A DNA stretch of 28,296 nucleotides from a virus (Duplodnaviria; Caudoviricetes). Below are positions 1 through 9,747 of this stretch, in pieces. Under the pieces are notes generated by a model. It was not told where the DNA came from and did no database searches. It saw nothing but the letters and a program-made list of their open reading frames with translations. The translations under genes and the position numbers were made by a program. Location of the stretch: positions 1 to 28,296 of the IMG/VR virus record IMGVR_UViG_3300030372_000439; one strand, 5' to 3'. Positions within the stretch are counted from its first letter, which is position 1. Every line of letters begins with the position of its first letter.

Positions 1-668
1 ATACTTAAACCTAAACTAGTAACATCAGCACTCGCTCTTGCAATATTTGAAGTACAACTAACTAAGTATATTCCTGTTTGTGGAAAGATCATTTCTCCAC
101 CGTCTCTACCTCCAGTAAACCTAGAAGAAATAACGGTGTTACTTAAAACTGAACCTGCGGTTGTTATAGTTCTATTACCCGCAGTCCCAGTAGTGTCTGA
201 TGTAAGAGTTATAACATTACTTGAGCCACTTGCGGTAATTTTACTTGCATGTCCAGCACTAATAGTGTTAATACATGTTTTCAAGGCTTGAGCAACGTCA
301 GTATTACTACCTGCTACGCTAAACTCTCGACTACCTACAGTAGTGGTATCAGCATGTCCTGTGTATGTTTTTGAAGTTCCATCAGCAGACGTAATAAGAA
401 TAGTGTCACCTGCGTTTGGACCAGGATCGTTTACGGTTATAGTTGCCGTAGCAGCCGAAGCAGCAGACATAGTTCCAACACCTTTAAATCCATATCCTCC
501 GACTTCCTCTAAATTGCTTGCAATAAAAGTCTGCCCAGAAGTTGTAGTTATATCTGAGGTTATTCTGAACTGTCTAAAAAGAGTAGGGCTTTCAAGAAAA
601 CTTGAGGACTCTGTTGCAGCAGCGTGTCCTGCTAAGGCTATCTTGTCAATTTGTACATTGGTTGGCAT
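1..668 (-). CDS. Partial (3'-truncated by window edge) tail-fibre/receptor-binding-like virion protein, >222 aa
   Basis: Not in the ORF track because there is no stop in the window. ATG at 668 with AAGGAG RBS at 675-680. Open frame MPTNVQIDKIALAGHAAATESSSFLESPTLFRQFRITSD...GGEMIFPQTGIYLVSCTS..., rich in Thr/Ser/Gly. Lies directly downstream of the tail fibre gene. Confidence 0.7.
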   Translation of the reverse strand, partial: MPTNVQIDKIALAGHAAATESSSFLESPTLFRQFRITSDITTTSGQTFIASNLEEVGGYGFKGVGTMSAASAATATITVNDPGPNAGDTILITSADGTSKTYTGHADTTTVGSREFSVAGSNTDVAQALKTCINTISAGHASKITASGSSNVITLTSDTTGTAGNRTITTAGSVLSNTVISSRFTGGRDGGEMIFPQTGIYLVSCTSNIARASADVTSLGLS

Positions 669-685
669 TGGTTACTCCTTTATTA

Positions 686-2686
686 TTATTCTGTATCACT
701 AGCCATGTAAGATATATTTATAAACAATTCATCGCCAGTTCTAAGAAAAGTTGATCCTTTACTTAGATTTAAATTATTAGTTTCCATTAGTCCTATACTT
801 AATTCTTTTGTATTTTGTGTTATTTTAATTGCACCAGATATTGAAGAACCCCCCGCATCAAAATTTCCTATTAAAGCAACAGCAGTAGTACAAGTAGTCC
901 CAGAAAGACAAGTAAATGGAAGGTTCGTAATTTTAGCTGTTTGATTGTTTTCTGAACCTGTAGCATACCCAGACGATACAAGTAAACGTCCTGTAAGAGT
1001 TACTAAACGTCCTATACGAACATATCTTATTTTAGCTCCAGAAGTATTTAAAGTTATAGATGTACTATCTCCTGTTGAAAATGTAGGTACAATATGTCCT
1101 TCTGCATAGTAATCAAGTCCTGTAGCTGCTGTGTCTTCTACGCTAGTTGCACTTCCGTTTGGCAAGTGAAGACCATGTTCAGTTATTCTTGCTGCTTGAG
1201 TAAGAGTTGATCCACCGCCACTTTTTACATGTCGGAAAAGAATATCGTTCCCAGCAATTTCATTTTGAATAACCGTATTATCAGCAGAAGATAAACCTAT
1301 TGCTGTACCTAAAGTTGTGCTTCCTGAGTTAGTTAATCGTGTAAAAACGGCTGCTGAATCAGTTTCATGTATATGTAATTTTTCAGTAGGAGAATTAGTT
1401 CCAATCCCAACTTTACCGTCAGACTTAATACGCATTTGTTCAGTATTATTAGAAATGATTCTAAGATCATGGGCTGTATTTGTACCTATAAATGGATTAT
1501 TACTATCCGCACCCATCTGAAGTTTACGAGTACCATCACTAACTTGTACTATTGGAGATCCTCCACTTTGTTCAACCTCAAGTTCAACGGCAGGAGTTGT
1601 AGTGCCAATCCCAACTTTACCGTCAGCCTTTACTCTAACTCTGTCTGATCCTGCTGTTTGTAAAGTAATATCATTAGATTCTTGATTAGCAAGCACTAAT
1701 AATTCAGCAGAACTTAAACCAACTAAAGCTCCATCACCATTAGTAGCTCCAGTATCAGAATTTGTTAGTTGAATGTAGTTAGAGCCATCACCACTAGAGT
1801 TTAAATGCAAAGCGTTTTGTGGACTTGTAGTACCTACACCTACTCGGTTATTCGTAGAATCTACATAAAGAGTACCTTCATCAAACGTAATGTCACCCTG
1901 AACTGATCCTGCAAATACACTACGAGCAATTCCTAAGTTTCTAACATGAACATCGGCAGTAGGTGCTGTCGCAGGATTATCCGCAGTTCCTATAAGAGTT
2001 AAAGTAAAGACACCATCAAGAGAAGTTATAGTGTAATCCGTAGTTGGTTTTTGTATAACTCCACCTACCTCAACAATGTACATCAAGTCATTGTCAGACA
2101 AAGGTGTTGCTTCACCGTCTCCTGTTCCTAAAGTTGCTACTTGGTCACTACCACTTGTGCTAAACCTAGTAGAAGCAAGAGTGTACGCTTGAGGTGCTGT
2201 AGTTGCTCCGTACAAACTTAAATTGTCAACGTATTGTTTAGTAACAGCGTCTAGACTAGAAGTAGGATCTGATACGTTTTTAATACGTTTACTCTGAGCA
2301 TCCCATTGTTGATCGGTAGTATCAAAAGACAACGCATTGGTAGCCCCAGAGTCGTCTGCTTCTTGAGCAATATAAAGTAACCCTAAGACCGCATTGTCTA
2401 AGTCTGTTTCAGTTAATACCGAACCATCCGCAAAGTTAACTATTTGATCCTGAAAGTTAGCTTTTGTTTTTGGGGTTGTTCTTTGAATAATAACCACAGA
2501 CCCACTAGCAGGAGCAGTATCAAACGTAGCAGTTCCAGAACCACTAGTCCCTGCAATAGTAACACCACTCGATTGAGTCACTCCGTCCACAGTCACGCTT
2601 AAGTGAGATGTAGACAAGAACTGAACGGTAATGTTAAAAATAGTTTGATCGGCAGTTGATGTGTAACGGTTGTAACTAAATGGCAT
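686..2686 (-). CDS. Tail fibre protein (T7 gp17-like N-terminal anchor domain)
   Basis: N-terminus has the gp17-type pattern (F.I...FL...L.V.VDGV...APASG.VV.I.R.TP...F.DGSVL.E.DLD...LYIAQE), then WDAQSKRIKNVSDPTSSLDAVTKQYVD and three G(K/R)VG(I/V)GT..P fibre repeats. Positioned after the internal virion genes. Confidence 0.9.
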   Translation of the reverse strand: MPFSYNRYTSTADQTIFNITVQFLSTSHLSVTVDGVTQSSGVTIAGTSGSGTATFDTAPASGSVVIIQRTTPKTKANFQDQIVNFADGSVLTETDLDNAVLGLLYIAQEADDSGATNALSFDTTDQQWDAQSKRIKNVSDPTSSLDAVTKQYVDNLSLYGATTAPQAYTLASTRFSTSGSDQVATLGTGDGEATPLSDNDLMYIVEVGGVIQKPTTDYTITSLDGVFTLTLIGTADNPATAPTADVHVRNLGIARSVFAGSVQGDITFDEGTLYVDSTNNRVGVGTTSPQNALHLNSSGDGSNYIQLTNSDTGATNGDGALVGLSSAELLVLANQESNDITLQTAGSDRVRVKADGKVGIGTTTPAVELEVEQSGGSPIVQVSDGTRKLQMGADSNNPFIGTNTAHDLRIISNNTEQMRIKSDGKVGIGTNSPTEKLHIHETDSAAVFTRLTNSGSTTLGTAIGLSSADNTVIQNEIAGNDILFRHVKSGGGSTLTQAARITEHGLHLPNGSATSVEDTAATGLDYYAEGHIVPTFSTGDSTSITLNTSGAKIRYVRIGRLVTLTGRLLVSSGYATGSENNQTAKITNLPFTCLSGTTCTTAVALIGNFDAGGSSISGAIKITQNTKELSIGLMETNNLNLSKGSTFLRTGDELFINISYMASDTE

Positions 2687-2688
2687 AA

Positions 2689-5600
2689 TTAATCCTCAAG
2701 TAATCGTAGAAGTTGTTGATAAGACCGACCTCTACGCCTTTCTCTTTTAATTTGACCCAGGATACTATTTCTCTGAGCTACCTCAGGAAACTCTTTTAAC
2801 ATCTGCTCGAAAGCCTTTGCTCTATACTCGGACAGAATTTTTCTCCACTCATTAACACGAGGACTCTTATCAACATCCTCGATAGATTCGTAAGGTAGAC
2901 GCTTGTAACCTCTAGATTTAATAAGCCTAGATAGCTCTTGACGCAGGGTCTTACGACCAATCTTTACCTCTCCATGAAGTTGCAACCAACGGTCATACGC
3001 TGACTGACCTTTAGAGGAAAAGTATTCTCTAAGTTCTACTCCATTCTTAAACGAACGAGGAGACGAGAAGCTGTGACCTATTTGTGCGAGTTCTTTCTTC
3101 AATGGATCATCTGTTACTTCAGAGTAATCAAAGGGAGAGATGAAGTCTACACTAGGGTGCAATCCTTTTCGTAGCACAGGCTCACCAAACATATTGCGTA
3201 CTGGAGGAGCATCTTGAGAAAACCCTGGAATCTTAGCTCGAACAGTATCTACAAAGTTTTTAATGTCTTTTGTTTCAGCATCAAATGATCTGTTTAGTTG
3301 TGCTGCAAAGTTAGGAACAAAAGAACCTCCTAAACTTCTCATATACGCACTACCAAATCCTTCAGGATCAGACAAAGCGTTTGTAAATTTTGTAACACCT
3401 GTTAAGTATGTTTTACTTGTAAGATTACGAGCCATAGACACAGTTAAAGCAGAAATATAATCTCCTGCGGTTTTTCTAATTTCTTCATCTCCTTCTAAGA
3501 AAATAGTTCCAAGATCCGCAAGAAGCCCCATTCCCATAGAAGCAGGATCTAATCTTCGGTAAGACACATAAGAATTTCCAATCTTAATTGAATAAGGTTG
3601 CCACCCTGCTTGTTCCATTGCTTTTCTTCTAGATTTATCAGTTGGTCCACCTCCTGTAAGAGTTCCAGAAGATACGGCTGTAAGACCTACAACTGTAAAT
3701 ATAGATCCTGTAGCGAGCCTTCCAATAGCATCGGCTCTAATTTCAGCGTCCGCATGGTTTAATTCTTTTCCTAAATCACGCATAGCTTTTCTTTGGCTTG
3801 TACCTAATAAAGGAACACGATCAAATAAGTGTTGAATAATGTTTGCAGGAGTTCTCATAAAAGGTAAAATTAAACGAGCAGCAGGGTTTTTATTTACAAA
3901 GGTAGATAAATCACTACTCATTCCTATAAATGCACCACGATCTTTTGTTAAAGGTTCTGTAAAGGTAATTTGTTGTGCTGTTAATAGTGCTTTTTCATTC
4001 ATTAATGAATATTTACTTAGTTGTGAGTTTATATATTCTGTTTTTGTCATTGCTTTTTCAACATATTGCCCTGTCATAGGGTCTACAAACCTAGCTTGAA
4101 AACTAGGAGGTTTCCCTTTAAATTGTGGTATGGTTTCCGCTTGTTGTGCAATTTGTCTTCTTGCCGTTTGATTTCCTTTGGTAACAAGTTTTTCAAATCT
4201 TTGATCTACTAAATTATTAATAATTCTAGGATTAATATGACCTTCTTTAACTACTTGTTCCATTAATTGATGTTTCATCATACTTCTATAATTAACTTGT
4301 TTAAAAAACTCATCACCACCTAGCAATGCTCTTGAAGGTAAGTTAACAATTGTTCCTAACCATTGAGCAGCTAAATTACCCATAGTTCCTTCTTTAAGTC
4401 CTTTGTTTACTAAATAATCAGTAATCTTTGAGCGAGACCCTGAGGTTTCTACGGTTCGTAATAAAGGATCTAAAATAGCTTCATTTTCTTTTATAGCTAA
4501 TTTCGCAAATGCTAAAGCATGTTCTACTTCAGTATACATAAGTTTGTATCTAGCGAGTTCTGAAGCAGCTTTACCCATATCTCCCGTAAACGCATAGCCC
4601 AACGCTTTTTCAGCAGGAGCTATCAGAGTAGTTAAAGCTGCTGACGTAAAGTTAACTACGTTGGTAATAGGACCAGAAAGAATAGAGTTCATCCAGTATT
4701 CAGTAATAGCTCCTAATCCACTTGCTGTTTCTTTCGCATGTTTCATAGATTGTTTCCAATCACTCATATTAGATACTCGCATCATTTCTTTTCGTACAAA
4801 CGCTTCTCCTCCTGCTTGTGCAATTAATTCTGGAAGCAATTTAGGATTATCTGCGAAAGATTCTGCTGTAATATTATCTAATTGTTTTCCTACGCCTCCT
4901 GGTTTAAACTTTAATGATCGTAACCCTGCACCCCAAAGCCCATTAACTCCTTTTACTATTTCAGCCATTTGATTTACTTGATGTCTAGCTAAAAGAAATT
5001 CACCCATGTCTTGAAGTGATATATTGTTTTCATTAACAATTCCTCCTCGTCTTATAATATCTTGTGTAGTTTTTAAATATAATTGCCCTCGTTCTTCTAA
5101 AACAGATCGTAATGCTGCGGTTTGCCCTACTAAATTTTCTATTTCTTTTTTAGTAAGTTCCCCTTTAGCTACCATTGCTTGATATTCTTCTAAACTACCT
5201 ACATCAGCCCCCACACTATCGGCTATATCTTGTCTAGCTTTCATAGCAAGATCCTCAACAGCAGCATCAGTTAATCCAGTTCCTTGTCGATCTATTTCTT
5301 GTAAAACTTTATTAGCAGCCGTACCAGATTTCATAGCACTACTTACTTTTTCGTTTGTAGAAGCTCTACTCCAATTTAAAACATCTTTTCTTTTCTTTTT
5401 AAGTTTTTCTGCACCGTCTTTTTCATTAATTAATTTATTAAATTCTTCGATTTCTTCTTCTAAAGTACGTTCAACTTCAGGTTCATCTTTAGGTTTAGCA
5501 TCAGGTTCATCTTTAGGTTTAACTTCTGGTTCATCTTTAGGTGTAGGGGTTTCGTCTATTACTTCTTCAAGTTTTTTTGTAGCTTTATCTTTATTAATAA

Positions 5601-6306
5601 CATTACCATCAGCATCTACGCCTCCTGCTTTACGTCCTGCTTTAACACCTTTAGCTAATAAAAAGATTCCATCTAAAGCAACTCCTAAACCAAGACCTTC
5701 AATAGCTGCTTTAAATCTACCTTCTATTTCTGTATCGTCTTCATTGGCTGCTAAATATTCTGTAAAAGGGTTTGCTAAGTCAGGGAACTGTTCGTTTACT
5801 AAATTAGAAAGCCTAGCTTCATGTCCATCAAATACAGTAAAGTCTGCTACTGCTCCTGCTGCTGCATATTTAATAGCTTCAGACCCTTTAGTTATAGCTA
5901 ATGCCGTTCTTTTTCTATTTTGATCAGTAGCTTTAGCGACTGCTTTTGCAACTTTACCAGTAGCTCCCCCTATTTTAGTAAACTTACCTGCCTTACTAAT
6001 AAGACCAATTCCAGGGATAAACCCTGTAGCAAACTGAGTAATGCCTTCAACAGCACCTCCAACCATAGTTTCCGAACCACCAAGACCTAAGTTCTCAGGG
6101 ATATCGTAATCAAGCCCAAAGATATTTCCTATTTCAACAGCACTTTCAACAGCCCCTGCTATACCTCGTACAGGAGACAAACCCACATCTACAACAGAGT
6201 CAAAGAAAGAATTTTCTTCCTCTTCATTTACAGGTTCTGTGACTGTTTGTTGATTTTCAACAATGTTTTTATTTTCTTCTTCGAGAATTTCTCGGTAAGT
6301 AACCAT
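2689..6306 (-). CDS. Large internal virion (ejection) protein, gp16 position
   Basis: 1205-aa helical-looking protein in the T7 gp16 position. Segments such as DEFFKQVNYR, PFMRTPANI and GWQPYSIKIGNSYVSYRRLDP resemble internal virion proteins of marine podoviruses. Confidence 0.75.
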   Translation of the reverse strand: MVTYREILEEENKNIVENQQTVTEPVNEEEENSFFDSVVDVGLSPVRGIAGAVESAVEIGNIFGLDYDIPENLGLGGSETMVGGAVEGITQFATGFIPGIGLISKAGKFTKIGGATGKVAKAVAKATDQNRKRTALAITKGSEAIKYAAAGAVADFTVFDGHEARLSNLVNEQFPDLANPFTEYLAANEDDTEIEGRFKAAIEGLGLGVALDGIFLLAKGVKAGRKAGGVDADGNVINKDKATKKLEEVIDETPTPKDEPEVKPKDEPDAKPKDEPEVERTLEEEIEEFNKLINEKDGAEKLKKKRKDVLNWSRASTNEKVSSAMKSGTAANKVLQEIDRQGTGLTDAAVEDLAMKARQDIADSVGADVGSLEEYQAMVAKGELTKKEIENLVGQTAALRSVLEERGQLYLKTTQDIIRRGGIVNENNISLQDMGEFLLARHQVNQMAEIVKGVNGLWGAGLRSLKFKPGGVGKQLDNITAESFADNPKLLPELIAQAGGEAFVRKEMMRVSNMSDWKQSMKHAKETASGLGAITEYWMNSILSGPITNVVNFTSAALTTLIAPAEKALGYAFTGDMGKAASELARYKLMYTEVEHALAFAKLAIKENEAILDPLLRTVETSGSRSKITDYLVNKGLKEGTMGNLAAQWLGTIVNLPSRALLGGDEFFKQVNYRSMMKHQLMEQVVKEGHINPRIINNLVDQRFEKLVTKGNQTARRQIAQQAETIPQFKGKPPSFQARFVDPMTGQYVEKAMTKTEYINSQLSKYSLMNEKALLTAQQITFTEPLTKDRGAFIGMSSDLSTFVNKNPAARLILPFMRTPANIIQHLFDRVPLLGTSQRKAMRDLGKELNHADAEIRADAIGRLATGSIFTVVGLTAVSSGTLTGGGPTDKSRRKAMEQAGWQPYSIKIGNSYVSYRRLDPASMGMGLLADLGTIFLEGDEEIRKTAGDYISALTVSMARNLTSKTYLTGVTKFTNALSDPEGFGSAYMRSLGGSFVPNFAAQLNRSFDAETKDIKNFVDTVRAKIPGFSQDAPPVRNMFGEPVLRKGLHPSVDFISPFDYSEVTDDPLKKELAQIGHSFSSPRSFKNGVELREYFSSKGQSAYDRWLQLHGEVKIGRKTLRQELSRLIKSRGYKRLPYESIEDVDKSPRVNEWRKILSEYRAKAFEQMLKEFPEVAQRNSILGQIKRERRRGRSYQQLLRLLED
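5473..5544. repeat. 3 x 24-bp tandem repeat encoding (T/K)PKDEP(EV/DA) inside the gp16-like gene
   Basis: aacttcaggttcatctttaggttt / agcatcaggttcatctttaggttt / aacttctggttcatctttaggtgt. Confidence 0.9.
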
Positions 6307-8690
6307 TATCTGTACCTCGTTAATCTATCACCTTGGTGTTTAACTAAAAGTTTTATTCCTTCTTTTCCAACATACCGTTGCCTTATTTCATCAGGTAAAA
6401 ACTCAAGAAGACCTTGAACATCTGTATCACTTAAATCTTCAGGATTACCTTTAAAATCAGCAACCATAATTACATACATAGGATCTTTAAGGTTTTCAGG
6501 AATAGGAACTCCTAAATCTGTTTTACCTTCTTGTAATTCTTTTAAAGTCAACCCCACAATTGATTTTGCTTGAAAATATTCTTTTATGTCTTCTGGTGAA
6601 GCCTCTGAATTTAACAATAAATCTCGTAAATTAGAAAGTTTTTCAATCGGAGACATCGTGGGGTTTTCAGGACCACGCACGGTTTTTACTCGTTCTAAAG
6701 CTAAATTATATAAATCTTTTGTTTGCTCTTTATGTTTTAACTTTAATTCTCTTAATTCAGTTGGATCTGTAGTTTCTGTAATTTCTTTATAATCTCTCGT
6801 GTGTTCAAAATATCTATTTCTAAAAGGAGATGTAAATATTCCAAGTCCTAATAAACCTTTGTCTTCAGGCTCTAAGTCAATAGGAGGAATCATTGTTTCA
6901 GCACTAGTTTTTCCTTTATCTTGTTGTAATGTAATTATTGATTGATTTGATGAACTACTTAATTTACCTTCTTGTACATTATAAATTTCTGATGTTAGAG
7001 TGTTTGTATATTCTCGTAAGCGTTTACTAATTTCAACAGCTTGCTCTCTAGGAGTTTTACCTTTAAAATTTTCATCTTCTATAACATCATTAGTTATTTG
7101 TTCATATTGTTGTATAATTTCCGATGTTATTTGGGTTTTAACAAGGTCAGGATTTGTTATGGCATCACTAATATTGTCAGTTTCTATTAACCTAGTAACT
7201 GTATCAATAGCCTCAGTAGGACCAAAAGAAACACGAGTTGCAATATCATCTCGCATTTTTTCTTCGCCTTTAAATCGAAAACCAAATTCTGATAAATCTA
7301 ATGCCATTTTAGCAGTTATTTGTCCGTTTTCTTGGGCATCATCTATTCTTGCTTCAATAGCTTCAAAACTATAGCCTCCTCGTATCATCTTTCTTACTTC
7401 GGCAACTACGTTATCGTCATTTACTTCAGTAGTATTTTTACCATATCTAATAATTTTAGTTGCAACGTCTTGTGCAGTTTCTAAAAGCTCATCTTCAGAA
7501 ACTCCTCTTTCTCTTAAACGAGACATAATATCTTCCATATTTTCGGGATCATTAGGATCATAAAGAGATAACTCTTCTTTGCTTAGTAGTTCATTTACAA
7601 TGATTGATTTTACTGTAGTAGAGTTTTTGTTTATTCTAAATGTTTTTCTATTTTGTTCTTTAATTTCACGATTATAAGCTACATCTTCTAGTGCAGGTAA
7701 ACTATCTTTAAGAGCTTGTATTTCAGAACGCCTCATGTTGTACACAGAGTCTTGTCCTGCTTTTAAATTATTTAAATCATCTAATAAAATCAACGCTTCT
7801 TCTATTCGACCATCTCTTGCTAAATCTTCTGCTTTGTTTTGGTAGGCTTTGTAAATTAACTCTGCTCTATCGTCTGCTGAGATGTATCTACCTGTTTTAT
7901 CGTTGTAATAAGTGTCTAATAATAAATTTATTTCATTAAGTCTTTCTTTTTTTAAGTTATCTCGAAAAACAGCTAATTTGTTTTTATCGGCAAGTACATC
8001 ATCAGGAATAACCTTATCATCTATAGTATCCGCTATTTCATATATCCCACGACCTGCACTTTGATTAGCTTGTGCATTTAAATTCGCAGCGTATTTCCTA
8101 GAGGCTTCGTACAGAAAGTTTTCTCTTACTTTATCTCTTACTGATTGCAACCCTTTTTTCTGAAAGTGATTTAGCCCCTCAGACAACTCTTGGAATCTTT
8201 TAGCTTCATAGGCTGCTGCATCTTCACCTGAAGTAGGATCAGCAAGTCTTTCTATATTGGCATACAAATCGTTTTTATATTGTAAGTTACCAATCTCAAC
8301 ACCATTAAGTTCTGCAAAGACCATACGATCTAGTAACTGACCACCTATAGGAATACGACCTTCTTTTTGTTCCTTTTGATACGCTCCGTTTATAACAGCA
8401 AGTCTATCTTCAGGACTCATCTGAGCGTATTGATCTTTAAGTTCAATAGTCCTAGCTTCTTCTTCGGCTTTTACTTCTTTTTCTTGTACACCTTTGTAAG
8501 TGTTAATTAAACGGTTCATAGCACTTAGAACTTCGTTTGTCCCTGAGTCAGCAGGAAGTATTTGTTTCGTTCCTACATAAGGATCAAAAACCCTACGACT
8601 ACTTTGTTCTAACTTTTTAACAGGATCAAAGTCAACTTGCTGTCTACTTAAATCCCCTTTAAAAAGATTCTGTATTGATTGTTTAGCCAT
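6306..8690 (-). CDS. Internal virion protein, gp15 position
   Basis: 794-aa charged, helical-looking ORF between the gp14-like and gp16-like genes. Stop/start overlap (TAATG) at 6306. Assigned from synteny. Confidence 0.65.
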   Translation of the reverse strand: MAKQSIQNLFKGDLSRQQVDFDPVKKLEQSSRRVFDPYVGTKQILPADSGTNEVLSAMNRLINTYKGVQEKEVKAEEEARTIELKDQYAQMSPEDRLAVINGAYQKEQKEGRIPIGGQLLDRMVFAELNGVEIGNLQYKNDLYANIERLADPTSGEDAAAYEAKRFQELSEGLNHFQKKGLQSVRDKVRENFLYEASRKYAANLNAQANQSAGRGIYEIADTIDDKVIPDDVLADKNKLAVFRDNLKKERLNEINLLLDTYYNDKTGRYISADDRAELIYKAYQNKAEDLARDGRIEEALILLDDLNNLKAGQDSVYNMRRSEIQALKDSLPALEDVAYNREIKEQNRKTFRINKNSTTVKSIIVNELLSKEELSLYDPNDPENMEDIMSRLRERGVSEDELLETAQDVATKIIRYGKNTTEVNDDNVVAEVRKMIRGGYSFEAIEARIDDAQENGQITAKMALDLSEFGFRFKGEEKMRDDIATRVSFGPTEAIDTVTRLIETDNISDAITNPDLVKTQITSEIIQQYEQITNDVIEDENFKGKTPREQAVEISKRLREYTNTLTSEIYNVQEGKLSSSSNQSIITLQQDKGKTSAETMIPPIDLEPEDKGLLGLGIFTSPFRNRYFEHTRDYKEITETTDPTELRELKLKHKEQTKDLYNLALERVKTVRGPENPTMSPIEKLSNLRDLLLNSEASPEDIKEYFQAKSIVGLTLKELQEGKTDLGVPIPENLKDPMYVIMVADFKGNPEDLSDTDVQGLLEFLPDEIRQRYVGKEGIKLLVKHQGDRLTRYR

Positions 8691-8704
8691 GATTATCCCT
8701 TAAA

Positions 8705-9292
8705 TTATACTGATGGACCAAAGTATCCCCAATCTTTTTTAGCTCCATAGTAAGCATTTGCAACATTAAGACCAAAAGCTAAAGGAGACGGTGAAGCTGT
8801 AGGTGTTGCTCGTCCTGCTTCAATGCGTCCTTCTCCAGTTGCTTTAGCTAACTGCATGTCGTACTCAATGTCTGCTTGAGTTACTTCTAAGTTATCTAAA
8901 ACATTTAGTTCATACGCCATAATGGCTTTTTCATATTCTTGGTCTATAAGTTCTGCTGATTGTCCTGTAACACCTGATTCACCTGTAGTAACTGCATAAG
9001 AAGCCCTAGCTCTACGTCCTTGTCTGTTTATTTGTTCTATTTCTTGTGAGGCTAAAACACGATTACGAGCTTGTCTTTGTCTACTAAAAGCAACTCCTTT
9101 GGTATAAGCATCAAGAGATTGTTTAGCTATACGATCTTGAGTCGCTTGTTTAGCCCTGGCAACTCTTCTAGCGTCTCTAGTGCCTTGAATCAAACCAAAA
9201 GCTGAAGTCGCTGCTTGTATACCAAATTGCATATTCGCAGCATCGGAAGCAGCTTGCGAACTAAATCCATCTTGTCGTTCAAATACGCACAT
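8705..9292 (-). CDS. Internal virion protein, gp14-like
   Basis: 195 aa, begins MC (as T7 gp14 does), Ala/Gln/Arg-rich, with a GESGVTGQS motif. Synteny supports the call. Confidence 0.75.
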   Translation of the reverse strand: MCVFERQDGFSSQAASDAANMQFGIQAATSAFGLIQGTRDARRVARAKQATQDRIAKQSLDAYTKGVAFSRQRQARNRVLASQEIEQINRQGRRARASYAVTTGESGVTGQSAELIDQEYEKAIMAYELNVLDNLEVTQADIEYDMQLAKATGEGRIEAGRATPTASPSPLAFGLNVANAYYGAKKDWGYFGPSV

Positions 9293-9747
9293 TAAATTAT
9301 CCTCACAAACTCATAGAATAGACGTTTCTCGTACCCATATTCAGGGTGTTTATTAATAATAGAAAAACCTAGCCATTTAATCCAATTAATATGAACAGTA
9401 TTCCTAGCATCAATATAGTTAAACAACATGTTGTAACCTGTAAAAGCATCTGCTAAAAAACCATGAGACGCTTTTAGAAAACTAAAGTTAGCTTTTGTAA
9501 CTTCATCTGTACCTAGCATCCAGACACAACCAGTATTTTTATCTACTCGTACTACTCCATACATAGCAGCAGGTACATCATCAACGGTAACTGTCATAGG
9601 TCTTTCTGACACAGAATAACCATTTAACATAGCAGTCTTTGGGTCTAGATTAGTAACAGCTTGTACTTCTTGTTTATCAGCTTCCCTCATGTGAGCAGCT
9701 ATGTAAAAACAATCAGGAATATAAGATGGTCTTGATGTAACTATCAC
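9292..9747 (-). CDS. gp13-like (internal virion protein A; GNAT-like fold)
   Basis: MREADKQEV, GCVWMLGT and FNYIDARNTVHINWIKWLGF motifs. Follows tail tube B. Confidence 0.8.
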   Translation of the reverse strand: MIVTSRPSYIPDCFYIAAHMREADKQEVQAVTNLDPKTAMLNGYSVSERPMTVTVDDVPAAMYGVVRVDKNTGCVWMLGTDEVTKANFSFLKASHGFLADAFTGYNMLFNYIDARNTVHINWIKWLGFSIINKHPEYGYEKRLFYEFVRII

